Source: Polyangiales bacterium (GTDB lineage Bacteria; Myxococcota_A; Polyangia; Polyangiales; Houyiibacteriaceae). Taken from it: a DNA stretch of 23,510 bases. A model generated the notes under the pieces. The model was not told the DNA's origin. It saw nothing but the letters and a program-made list of their open reading frames with translations, and did not search any database. Every line of letters begins with the position of its first letter. Within the stretch, counting starts at the first letter, position 1. Shown here in pieces: positions 1-7,992 of this stretch. Made by a program: the position numbers and the translations under genes. The stretch is from contig JBGCFM010000132.1 of the NCBI GenBank assembly GCA_045106895.1, forward strand, positions 1 to 23,510, given 5' to 3'.

Positions 1-1
1 G

Positions 2-418
2 CAGCCCATCTCGGAGGAATTTGAGCCTGACGCCATGGCGGTGAACGGCCTCGACCGGGCGCGCCTTGTGCGGGAAGGGCTGGATCCGGCGGATGCGATG
101 AGCCGCGCCAAAGACTGGACCATGGCTCACGCCGGGGAGGGCACGCCGGTGCTCGTCGCGTATCCGCTGAGCTTCGATTGGTCGTGGCTGCATTGGTACT
201 TTGTGCGCTTCACGGGCTCTTCGCCCTTCAAGCACTCCCGCGCCTTCGACATGAAGACGGCCATCGCGGTGCGAGGCCGGCGCCTCATCTCCGAGTCCGG
301 CCACAAGCACCTGCCGGATGCGCTCAAAAGCGCGCTGCCGCACACGCACAACGCCCTTGACGACGCGCGTTCTCAGGCGGACATCTTCGCGAAGCTGATG
401 GAGTGGGACGGAACATGA
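2..418 (+). CDS. 3'-5' exonuclease, DEDDh superfamily (Rv2179c/RNase AS-like); 5'-truncated by the window edge
   Basis: The frame is open from base 2 (QPISEEFEPDAMAVNG...), so the ATG at 35 is internal. It has an ExoII-like 'SFDW' motif and an ExoIII H-x4-D motif 'HTHNALDDA'. The ExoI motif would lie upstream of the window. Confidence 0.85.
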   Translation, partial: QPISEEFEPDAMAVNGLDRARLVREGLDPADAMSRAKDWTMAHAGEGTPVLVAYPLSFDWSWLHWYFVRFTGSSPFKHSRAFDMKTAIAVRGRRLISESGHKHLPDALKSALPHTHNALDDARSQADIFAKLMEWDGT

Positions 419-1476
419 GCGTGGACGCTGCGTTGCCGGAAATGGCCCTGCCGGAAGTACTGACGAGGAGCGCGCAACACACGGACGAGGTCCTGGCGAA
501 GCTAAAGGCGGGACTCACCCGTCGCTTGGGTTCCAACTACGACGCGGCCATCGGCGAGCACACGACGTTCATCCTGACGGGCTCCGGCGGTCGCGGTGAG
601 ATGACGGCGGGCTCGGACATCGACGGGTATGTGGTCCGCACGAGTGGCGCGCTCGACGCGTCCGACGACGCGGTGATTTTGGCCGCCACATGCGGCGCTC
701 TGGAGGAGGCGGGCCTGCCGGCTCTTGACCGGGATGGCGAGTTCCTCGCGATGAAGGCAGCGAGCGCCGTCGTCGACACCCTTGGAAGCACGGCGGACGA
801 CCACTCGAACGCCTTCACGTTGCGAATGCTCTTCCTGCTGGAAAGCCGTCCCCTCCTTGGGCAGCCCGCCTACGACGCGTTCTTCAAGACCGTGAGCGGC
901 GTGTATCGCGCCACGGCGGGTGACTATGCGAAGAGCTTTCAGCCCTTCTTTTTGGTCAACGACATCATCCGTTATTGGCGCACGGTCCTTCTCAACCACG
1001 AGAACCGGTTGCGGAAAAAGCAGGAGGAACTCATCGCGGAAGGCCTGTCGGGGACGGAGCTGACGAAGGTGCTCTTGGCGCATCGCCGTTACCGCAGCCA
1101 GAAGCTCGCCTTCCCGCGCTGCCTGAGCTGCTTCTCGGCGCTCGCGTACCTCCTTGCCCTCGCCCCCGAAGACGGCGACGCCATCACCGCCGAGCACGAG
1201 CGCGAGCTCTTCGATCTGACGCCGATCGGGCGACTGCAGCGCGTTGGAGCGATTCAGCCAACGATGTCAGCCCGGGTGCAGACCATGTTGGAACTCTACG
1301 CGGGCTATATGGAGCGCACGGACACCGATAAGAAGAGAGTCCTCGCGAACTTGCGCCGCGAAGACAGCTACCAGCGAAGCACATCGGAGACGGGTCGACG
1401 TTTTACCGAAGAGATGTTCCAGCTGATTCAGGGGCTCGGGCGCGGCAACCGCCTGCATCGCTCGATGCTGATTTGA
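415..1476 (+). CDS. Pol-beta-superfamily nucleotidyltransferase (GlnD/GlnE/DUF294-like NTase core plus helical C-terminal domain), 353 aa
   Basis: Signature G-S-x-G-R-x-E-x4-S-D-x-D ('TGSGGRGEMTAGSDIDG', about 577-627). Further conserved-looking blocks are RMLFLLESRP, NDIIRYWRT and KLAFPR. ATG at 415 overlaps the exonuclease TGA (ATGA), so it is preferred over the 403 start. Confidence 0.85.
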   Translation: MSVDAALPEMALPEVLTRSAQHTDEVLAKLKAGLTRRLGSNYDAAIGEHTTFILTGSGGRGEMTAGSDIDGYVVRTSGALDASDDAVILAATCGALEEAGLPALDRDGEFLAMKAASAVVDTLGSTADDHSNAFTLRMLFLLESRPLLGQPAYDAFFKTVSGVYRATAGDYAKSFQPFFLVNDIIRYWRTVLLNHENRLRKKQEELIAEGLSGTELTKVLLAHRRYRSQKLAFPRCLSCFSALAYLLALAPEDGDAITAEHERELFDLTPIGRLQRVGAIQPTMSARVQTMLELYAGYMERTDTDKKRVLANLRREDSYQRSTSETGRRFTEEMFQLIQGLGRGNRLHRSMLI

Positions 1477-1494
1477 GCGCAGCTGCTTTGGACT

Positions 1495-2016
1495 TCAGCT
1501 GCTCTCATTGCGGAGGCTCTGCGGATTACTCAGAAACTGTGCTTTCAGTTGTGGCGTGTGGCCAAACGTTGCGTGGGGAACCCATTGCTGAAGGGATGTC
1601 GAAAGAGTGACGGCGTCTGGATAGGGGAGCTTGATGAGAACGCCGAGGTTTGTTCCGATAACAACACTCGGGGCACCTGAGTTGATGGTCTCCAGATACA
1701 CCCACACAATGCCTGACGGGTTTCGGAGAACGCGAACGTAGCTTGGCGTGACGAAGAGTTTGACGTAGGCGAAAAGCAGCAAGAAGGGAGACGCCCCGAT
1801 CGCAGCAACTGCCGCTATGCGAAACGGAACCGGCAGCGATCTGAATGAGCCAAAGAGCTGCTCACCCATTGGTCCTCCAGCCATCATGATCGCGAGCGCT
1901 CCCCCGATGGGAACGAGGAAGAAGGCGGCACAGCCCCAAAGACCTCGATCCCGGCTCTCGAACAGCTGTTTCTCCGTCGCAGGACCAGGCCAACCGGGAA
2001 TTTCCCATCGTTTCAT
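1495..2016 (-). CDS. Hypothetical membrane protein (two predicted TM helices)
   Basis: ORF from ATG 2016 (alternative TTG 2025). Hydrophobic segments are GLWGCAAFFLVPIGGALAIMMAG and IAAVAAIGASPFLLLFAYVKLFV. It fills the gap between genes. No family recognised. Confidence 0.65.
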   Translation of the reverse strand: MKRWEIPGWPGPATEKQLFESRDRGLWGCAAFFLVPIGGALAIMMAGGPMGEQLFGSFRSLPVPFRIAAVAAIGASPFLLLFAYVKLFVTPSYVRVLRNPSGIVWVYLETINSGAPSVVIGTNLGVLIKLPYPDAVTLSTSLQQWVPHATFGHTPQLKAQFLSNPQSLRNESS

Positions 2017-2108
2017 CGGAGCCAAGCTACCATTCCGCGACGGCGAGCAACGAACTGTGATCCCGAAGCCTTGGGGAATGAGCTTCGTTCTCCTATAACG
2101 CTCGAGAA

Positions 2109-4067
2109 TTGCGACCTCTTCTTCAGGCGATCTTTGCGAGGCCCGACTTCGTGGACTCCCTCCGTGCTCTGGTGACGGCCCTTCGTCCGAGGGGCGACGG
2201 TCGCTCGCGTGTGGCAGCGATGAATTCGGCGCTGGAGGCCGATGACGCGCTTCGAGAACGTCTGCGTACCCACCTGCGCGCTGCGTTTCATGAGCGGCGC
2301 TGTCTGCACTTATTGGCGGAAGGTGGCATCCTCGCTGATGAAGATCTCAGGGCAATGATCGCGCGGGGAATCGGCGCCTGGTTCCTTCCGCCGGTCCCGC
2401 CCGCGGACGATGTGCGAGAACTCATCGGGCGCATCTTTGAGCGAAACGACTGGAAGTGGGTGGCTCGGGTCCCGATGGCGGAATGGGCCCGGCTTGCGAA
2501 ACTCTGCCTCGAAGTCGTCCCATTGAATCGTCCGATTCATGCCGACGTTGGGCTCTCTCTCCGCACTTTGGCTTTGCGAGTCGCCGGGGCCGGGATCCAC
2601 GAAGAGCTCGAGCGGAAGAGAGCGTTCACCGACGACGACGGCGCCGACTTCATCGCGCTGCCGCACGACGTCGACGCGTTTCTCGCCGTGGAAGAGGCCG
2701 CGGAAGACGACGCAGGCGAGGCGCTTACGCAAGTGCGGACTCGCTTGAGGAGCTGCCGAAAGCTTGTCCGCCAGCTCCGCACGGAAAAGCACCGCCACGG
2801 GACGAGCCTCCGGCTGACCCGGCTGACGCGACGTATGGACCAACAGATGCGGCGCATGGAGGCGCTCCTGTGCCTGGCGAAGCCGCGCGACGAGCGTCAG
2901 CGCTCGACGGTGGTTGCGACGCTTGGCGTTCGGCTGCTCGAGGCGGAGCAGGACGGCTATCGCGTCCGACGACGCATCGGCCAAGGCATCGACGAACTCG
3001 CCTACCAGATCACCGAGCACACCGCGACGAAGGGCGAGAAGTACACGGACGAGGCGAAGAGTTCGTACGGAGGGATGCTCGCCGCGGCGATGGGGGGCGG
3101 TGCCATCGTCGGTGTGTTCGCGCTGCTGAAGCTCTACGCGTCTTCACTTTCGCTTTCCCTCGCCGGCCAGGTGTTCGTCTATGGGCTCAACTATGCGCTC
3201 TGTTTCGTTCTGATCTACGTCACCGGCGCGAGCCTCGCGACGAAGCAACCTGCGATCACAGCGGCGGCCATCGCGAAACAGCTCGACGAATGCGAGTCGC
3301 GTCGCGAAGGGCTCGAGCAGGTCGCCGACAGCGTGGTCCGCGTTTGGCGAAACCAGTTCGTGGCCTTCCTTGGGAACTTGCTCTGCGCGTTCCCCGTCGC
3401 TTTCGGCGTAGGGTCACTTGTGGAACGTCTCGGCGGCGCTGCCTTCGTGGACGATGACAAGGCGTGGTATCTCCTTGAAGCAAACCACCCCTTCGACGGG
3501 CCGGCGCTCTTCTACGCCGCCGTCGCCGGCGTCTTTCTCTTCGTCGCGGGGCTGGTTCAGGGGGTCGTCGACAACCGCGTGGTCTATACGCGCTTCGAGT
3601 ACCGCCTCGCGCACCACCCGCGCCTTGCGTGGCTAGGCAAACGACGAGCGTCCCTGGCGGCGAAGGTCGGCAAGCACGCCGGGGGGATCACCAGCAACGT
3701 CATCCTGGGCTTCCTCCTCGGGTCTGCTGGCGTCGTCGGCGTGTTCTTTGGCCTGCCCATCGACATCCGCCACATCGCTTTCTCTTCCGCTCATGTCGGC
3801 GTCGCCGTGTTGGATGCGCCGCACCTCATCGATGCGCGGGAGGTCGGTATCCTCTGTTTGGGCGTCCTTGGAATCGGGTTCGTCAACTTCATCGTTAGCT
3901 TTGGGTTGACCCTCGGCGTCACCTTGAAGTCACGCCAAGTGACGCTCACGCAAGGTGGCGCGCTCATCGCCATTCTGTTGCGCCACTTCATCCGTTCCCC
4001 GCTGTCGTGGATCTTGCCGGTGCCGGTGAAGATCAACCCGAAAACGGACGTGGATACGTCTGAATAG
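2109..4067 (+). CDS. Gcr/SpecificRecomb (PF10136-like) family polytopic membrane protein, usually annotated 'site-specific recombinase'
   Basis: 652 aa with family-typical blocks GEKY, AAMGGG, LATKQPAITAAAIA, QFVAFLGN, LPIDIRHIAFSS and VNFIVSFGLTL. The N-half is soluble and helical; the C-half has many TM segments. The TTG start is uncertain. Confidence 0.8.
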   Translation: MRPLLQAIFARPDFVDSLRALVTALRPRGDGRSRVAAMNSALEADDALRERLRTHLRAAFHERRCLHLLAEGGILADEDLRAMIARGIGAWFLPPVPPADDVRELIGRIFERNDWKWVARVPMAEWARLAKLCLEVVPLNRPIHADVGLSLRTLALRVAGAGIHEELERKRAFTDDDGADFIALPHDVDAFLAVEEAAEDDAGEALTQVRTRLRSCRKLVRQLRTEKHRHGTSLRLTRLTRRMDQQMRRMEALLCLAKPRDERQRSTVVATLGVRLLEAEQDGYRVRRRIGQGIDELAYQITEHTATKGEKYTDEAKSSYGGMLAAAMGGGAIVGVFALLKLYASSLSLSLAGQVFVYGLNYALCFVLIYVTGASLATKQPAITAAAIAKQLDECESRREGLEQVADSVVRVWRNQFVAFLGNLLCAFPVAFGVGSLVERLGGAAFVDDDKAWYLLEANHPFDGPALFYAAVAGVFLFVAGLVQGVVDNRVVYTRFEYRLAHHPRLAWLGKRRASLAAKVGKHAGGITSNVILGFLLGSAGVVGVFFGLPIDIRHIAFSSAHVGVAVLDAPHLIDAREVGILCLGVLGIGFVNFIVSFGLTLGVTLKSRQVTLTQGGALIAILLRHFIRSPLSWILPVPVKINPKTDVDTSE

Positions 4068-4134
4068 GCGCCCCCGATCCCCGCGGGTGCGAGGGAGGCG
4101 CCTGAGGGTGTGAACCTGGGATAGGATGACGTGC

Positions 4135-5232
4135 ATGAAGCCAGGACATCGAGTGGTCGTGAGCGAATACGGAGAGACGCCCATGGCGGCCCTCGAAGAG
4201 CATCTGTCCATCGCCGTGCAGGAGGCGCCAAAGCCGGGCGACCTGAACAATGATGACGTCATCGTCCGGGTGCGCAGCGCTCAGGTGAACTGGGTCGATG
4301 TGATCATGATGAGCGGCCAGTACCAGCACATGCCCAGGCCGCCGTATTGCCCAGGCCTCGAGTACGCGGGGGATGTCGTCTGGGCTGGTGCCGACGCTTC
4401 GTTCTCCGTCGGCGATCGGGTCTTGTCGGACGGACTTCTCACCGGTCCTCGCTCCATCGGAGAGCACCGGGCGTGGGGCGGTTTTGCGACTTACGCGGTC
4501 GCTCCGAGCCACGCCTTGTGGGCGCTGCCGGAGCGCCTGTCTTACGACGAAGGCTGCAGTATCCTCGGCGGTTACGAGACCGCCTATCATTGCTTGATTC
4601 ATCGTGGCCGTTTGAAGGCCGGAGAGCGCCTGCTGATTCACGGCGCGTCGGGGAGCATCGGTCTCGCGGCGGTGCACATCGCGAAGCTCGTTGGCGCCAC
4701 GGTCATCGCCACGGGCCGAACGCGAGCGAAGCTTGAGCTTGTGCAGGCCCAAGGAGCTGACCACATCGTCGAGACGACGGACGCTGATGGAAATGCGCGG
4801 GCGTTTCGAGACGAGGTCAAAGCGCTGAGCGAAGGAGCCGGCGTGGACGTGGTGTACGACGGCGTGGGCGGCGCAATTTCCTTGGAGAGCCTGCGCTGCG
4901 TTCGTTTTGGCGCACGCTTCCTCATCGCTGGCTGGGCGGCGACCCCCTTTGTGTCGAAGGGCAAAGGAAAGCGCGGCGCTCCGAACGCGAACCTGCTGCC
5001 CACAAACTTGATCATGATGAAGGGCCTCGACGTGTTGGGCTGCCCCGCGGCGATCAGCGTTCACCGTGACCCGAGCGTGCGCGTGGAGCGCCTTGGCGCG
5101 ATTCGCCGCTGGCTCGAAGAGGGTGCGATCACGCCAGTCGTCGGAAAGACGTATCCGCTTGCAGACGTGAAGGACGCCATGCGTGCAAAGTGGAAGAGCG
5201 CGTGCGTGGGCACCGTTTGCGTGCATCCGTGA
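4135..5232 (+). CDS. NADPH:quinone oxidoreductase family protein (MDR superfamily, zinc-independent)
   Basis: VNWVD...G-Y, PGLEYAG, Rossmann 'LLIHGASGSIG' and 'GVDVVYDGVGG' motifs, without the Zn-ligand Cys pattern. AGGA at 4123-4126 favours ATG 4135 over 4126. Confidence 0.9.
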   Translation: MKPGHRVVVSEYGETPMAALEEHLSIAVQEAPKPGDLNNDDVIVRVRSAQVNWVDVIMMSGQYQHMPRPPYCPGLEYAGDVVWAGADASFSVGDRVLSDGLLTGPRSIGEHRAWGGFATYAVAPSHALWALPERLSYDEGCSILGGYETAYHCLIHRGRLKAGERLLIHGASGSIGLAAVHIAKLVGATVIATGRTRAKLELVQAQGADHIVETTDADGNARAFRDEVKALSEGAGVDVVYDGVGGAISLESLRCVRFGARFLIAGWAATPFVSKGKGKRGAPNANLLPTNLIMMKGLDVLGCPAAISVHRDPSVRVERLGAIRRWLEEGAITPVVGKTYPLADVKDAMRAKWKSACVGTVCVHP

Positions 5233-5417
5233 ACGCACGCATCGCGACTGGTTGAAGGGCCACCTTTGCGCGGGGACAAGCGCGGCATTTTTGCGCGAGC
5301 TGCGGCGCAATTGCCGGTGCAAAAGAAAGTGCCGTCGCGCCCCTTGAAGGCCCTCGCACTTGCCCCCTTCGTTCGTTCTCACGGCGAAGCTCTCGCCCTC
5401 ACCAGGACAAGAAAACG

Positions 5418-5978
5418 ATGAAGCAAGTATTTCGAATCACTCTCGCGAGCGCACTCTTTTTTGGATGCGGTGGCTCCTCATCGGAGGCGTCCATGGATCA
5501 CAGCGCTGGTGACGAGGAGGAAATGGCGAGCGCGGTGGCGGCGGACATCGAAGAGACGGCGTCACCCGACATCGTTGACACCGCCATCGCCGCCGGTAGC
5601 TTTTCGACGCTGGTCACCGCGGTCCAGGCCGCAGGTCTGGAGAACACCCTGAGGAGCGACGGTCCATTCACGGTGTTCGCGCCCACGGATGAAGCCTTCG
5701 CCGCGCTTCCCGAAGGAACCGTCGAGTCGCTCCTTCTGCCGGAAAACCGCGAACAACTCGTCGCTATTCTCACCTACCACGTCGTCAGCGGTGATGTTCG
5801 CGCTGAGACGGCGATGACGCTCACGGAAGCGCCCTCCGTTGAGGGCAGCATGATCCCAATCGCAGCCACCGATGTGGGCCTCACCGTGGGCGGAGCGAAT
5901 GTTGTCCAGGCGGACATCGCGGCCTCCAACGGTGTCATTCACGTCATCGACGCGGTCATCATGCCGCCGTCCATGTAA
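5418..5978 (+). CDS. Fasciclin (FAS1, MPB70-like) domain lipoprotein
   Basis: Lipobox-type signal '...ALFFGC'. FAS1 motifs [20 protein letters not shown] and [17 protein letters not shown] upstream of the ATG. Confidence 0.93.
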   Translation: MKQVFRITLASALFFGCGGSSSEASMDHSAGDEEEMASAVAADIEETASPDIVDTAIAAGSFSTLVTAVQAAGLENTLRSDGPFTVFAPTDEAFAALPEGTVESLLLPENREQLVAILTYHVVSGDVRAETAMTLTEAPSVEGSMIPIAATDVGLTVGGANVVQADIAASNGVIHVIDAVIMPPSM

Positions 5979-6014
5979 CGTAGAGTTGTCGAAAAGGGCG
6001 TGCGAGCCGCGCCG

Positions 6015-6050
6015 CGAAGGAGGCCAGCCTGGCCTCCTTCGTTTTCGTTT
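6015..6050 (+). terminator. Intrinsic (Rho-independent) terminator downstream of the fasciclin gene
   Basis: Perfect 12-bp stem CGAAGGAGGCCA / TGGCCTCCTTCG with a 3-nt loop, followed by TTTTCGTTT. Confidence 0.85.
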
Positions 6051-6582
6051 AAGCGGGGTCTGCCGGGTCGACCTCTTGGCTGAGGCCACAAGCATGCTCC
6101 ACGACGTGGCGGAGGTTGTGCATTTCTCCAGCGCTGAGCCCTTGCCCAATGAGCGAAGCGCCAAAAACGAACGCGATGATCGCCGCAGAGGCGGGCGCCC
6201 CGAGGAGCCACCATGGGTTTCCGTGGAGGCTCCAGGCGACCATTCCGTACACGCCAAATCCGACGCCGACCAAGCCGATGGCGAAGTAGAGCGCGATGAA
6301 AAAGGTCCATACGTTTGGGTGCGGTGAAAAACGCGCGTGAACCGTGACGCCAGGCTCGTCTTTGCCGGACTCGTCTTCGCCGGACTCGAAGTTGAGGTTC
6401 AGGTAGGGCGACCAGAAGCTGCGCGTGTCCTCCGGCAACCACAGCGAGGCATTCGCGCGAAAGACCTCGCCCTCGCAGAGCTTCGTCGCTTCGATATCGC
6501 GGCGGAGGGCCTCTCGCAGTGCGTCAAGCGAGCCGGCGTAACGCAGCTCAAAGCGGGGCCTCATGGCTGCTGTCGTGGCCAT
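6049..6582 (-). CDS. Hypothetical membrane protein (two C-terminal TM helices)
   Basis: ATG 6582 (MATTAAMRPRF...). Soluble N-domain with FWSPYL and RFSPHPNVWT, then two hydrophobic helices. It is preferred over the overlapping shadow ORFs. Confidence 0.75.
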   Translation of the reverse strand: MATTAAMRPRFELRYAGSLDALREALRRDIEATKLCEGEVFRANASLWLPEDTRSFWSPYLNLNFESGEDESGKDEPGVTVHARFSPHPNVWTFFIALYFAIGLVGVGFGVYGMVAWSLHGNPWWLLGAPASAAIIAFVFGASLIGQGLSAGEMHNLRHVVEHACGLSQEVDPADPA

Positions 6583-6645
6583 ACGCGTGAGTCTATCACG
6601 CAAGAAGCGTGAAGAGTCGCTTCGAGGCCGTTAGTATCCACTCCC

Positions 6646-7949
6646 ATGGGAACGAGCCTCCGACTCTGTTACGCCACGGCGCTCGTCACCCTTGGCCTTT
6701 TCGGGTGCGACACCACGGAGTCTGCGCCGCTCCTTCAGGTGGACGTCAAAACGGACTACGTCCCCGGCGAGGACTTCGACTCGATCCGCGTAGAGATCGG
6801 AAACGGAGACTTGCGCATCAACCTCGAACACATCGTGGACCTCGGTGGGGACTATGTACGGGGACGCCGCATCGGCAGCGGGCAAGTGAGCGAGGGCGAT
6901 GTCGCGGTGGTCGCGCGCATGATCCAAGACGGAACCGTGGTCGCGAGCCGCGAGGCGCTGGTGACGGTCCGGGGCCGGTGAGCGCGGCGACGCTTGTCAT
7001 CACGCGAAACTGCGGGAACGTCGAGTGCCCTGCGGTGGGCGGCGACGCGGTATTGCGTAGCTGTTACGGGGGACGCTGCGCCGACCCGCGATGCACGGTG
7101 GAGACGCCGGAGCTTTGCCCCGCGATTTGCGCATCGGACGCCGAATGTTCGTCGAGCGGATGTCGACGAGGCCGGTGCGTCGATGGTGCCTGCTTCTCGA
7201 TTCCGGATGACGCGTCCTGCGCGACGGGACAAGCGTGCCGAGGCGACGGCGTCTGTGTCGCGAGGGGGCGAGATGGGGGACCACGGCTGGACGGCGGCTT
7301 CCCCGAAGGCGGGTGCGTGGGCGTTGAGGTGTGCAACGGCGCCGACGACGACTGCGACGGCAACATCGACGAAGACCTGGACGCGCCGGAGGTGTGCAAC
7401 GGCGTCGATGATGACTGTGATGGCATCATCGATGAGGACGTCGTCGTGCGTGACGACGTATGCAACGACGTCGATGACGACTGCGACGGCGTAACGGACG
7501 AAGGTGGGCCAGAGGCATGCAATGGAGTCGACGACGATTGTGACACCCTTGTCGACGAGAGCGCGGTGTGTGGGGATTGCGAGCCCTGGACATCGGAGGG
7601 CCGCACGTACCTATTCTGTGCAGGGGAGACGTCCTGGTTAGCGGCCTTAGACGTTTGTGTCGCGCAGGGAGCGAACTTGCTGGAAATCGACGACCTAACG
7701 GAGAACCTGCGCGTTGCGGAGCAATTCGGAAGCCGCGGGTTCGGGGCAGCGTGGATAGGACTCAACGACCGGGAGGAAGAGGGAATCTACGTTTGGGAGA
7801 GCGGCGCGAGTTCCACCTATCGGAACTGGGGCGACAGCGAACCCGACAACTTTGGGAACGAAGACTGCGCCGTGATACGGGCCGATGGGCGGTGGAACGA
7901 CCAGGATTGTGACGCGGCCCGTAGGGTTGTCTGCGAGCGCGCGCCTTGA
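6646..7949 (+). pseudogene. Frameshifted lipoprotein: N-terminal beta-rich domain, Cys-rich region, four MopE-like repeats and a C-terminal C-type lectin domain
   Basis: ORF 6646-6981 carries the lipobox (LGLFGC) and stops. The protein-like sequence continues in the -1 frame (PVSAATLVITRNC...) to 7949. One extra G in GGGG 6971-6974 joins them into 434 aa. CTLD motifs are WIGLND, EPDN, EDC and WNDxxC. The break may be a sequencing error rather than a true pseudogene. Confidence 0.8.
7326..7559 (+). repeat. Four tandem MopE-like/putative metal-binding repeats ([ED]xCN[GD]xDDDCDxxxDE)
   Basis: EVCNGADDDCDGNIDE, EVCNGVDDDCDGIIDE, DVCNDVDDDCDGVTDE, EACNGVDDDCDTLVDE. Confidence 0.9.
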
Positions 7950-7992
7950 TTTGACTCCGCGAAGATAGCTCAACCGACGGTTATCCTTTACC

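Noticed and set aside
415..1476. Calling the NTase a CBASS CD-NTase, Hailong HalB, GlnD or GlnE
   Set aside because: Only the generic Pol-beta motif is shared. No cognate effector or accessory domains are visible in the window, so a specific assignment is unsupported.
4067..4102. GC-rich inverted repeat GGCGCC...GGCGCC between the Gcr-family and oxidoreductase genes
   Set aside because: The stem is imperfect and has no U-tract, so it cannot be supported as a terminator or recombination site.
5284..5335. Imperfect dyads (TTGCGC-N8-GCGCAA) upstream of the fasciclin gene
   Set aside because: They are short and imperfect, with no recognisable riboswitch or operator consensus, and could be chance.
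4033..5382. 449-aa minus-strand ORF
   Set aside because: It is an antisense shadow of the clear quinone oxidoreductase gene. It is Arg/Ala/His-rich with no motifs, as expected in high-GC DNA.
6609..6970. N-terminal part of the track's 446-aa ORF 6609..7949
   Set aside because: This part is Arg/Gly-rich and not protein-like. The real N-terminus is in the frame starting at 6646, which has a lipobox.
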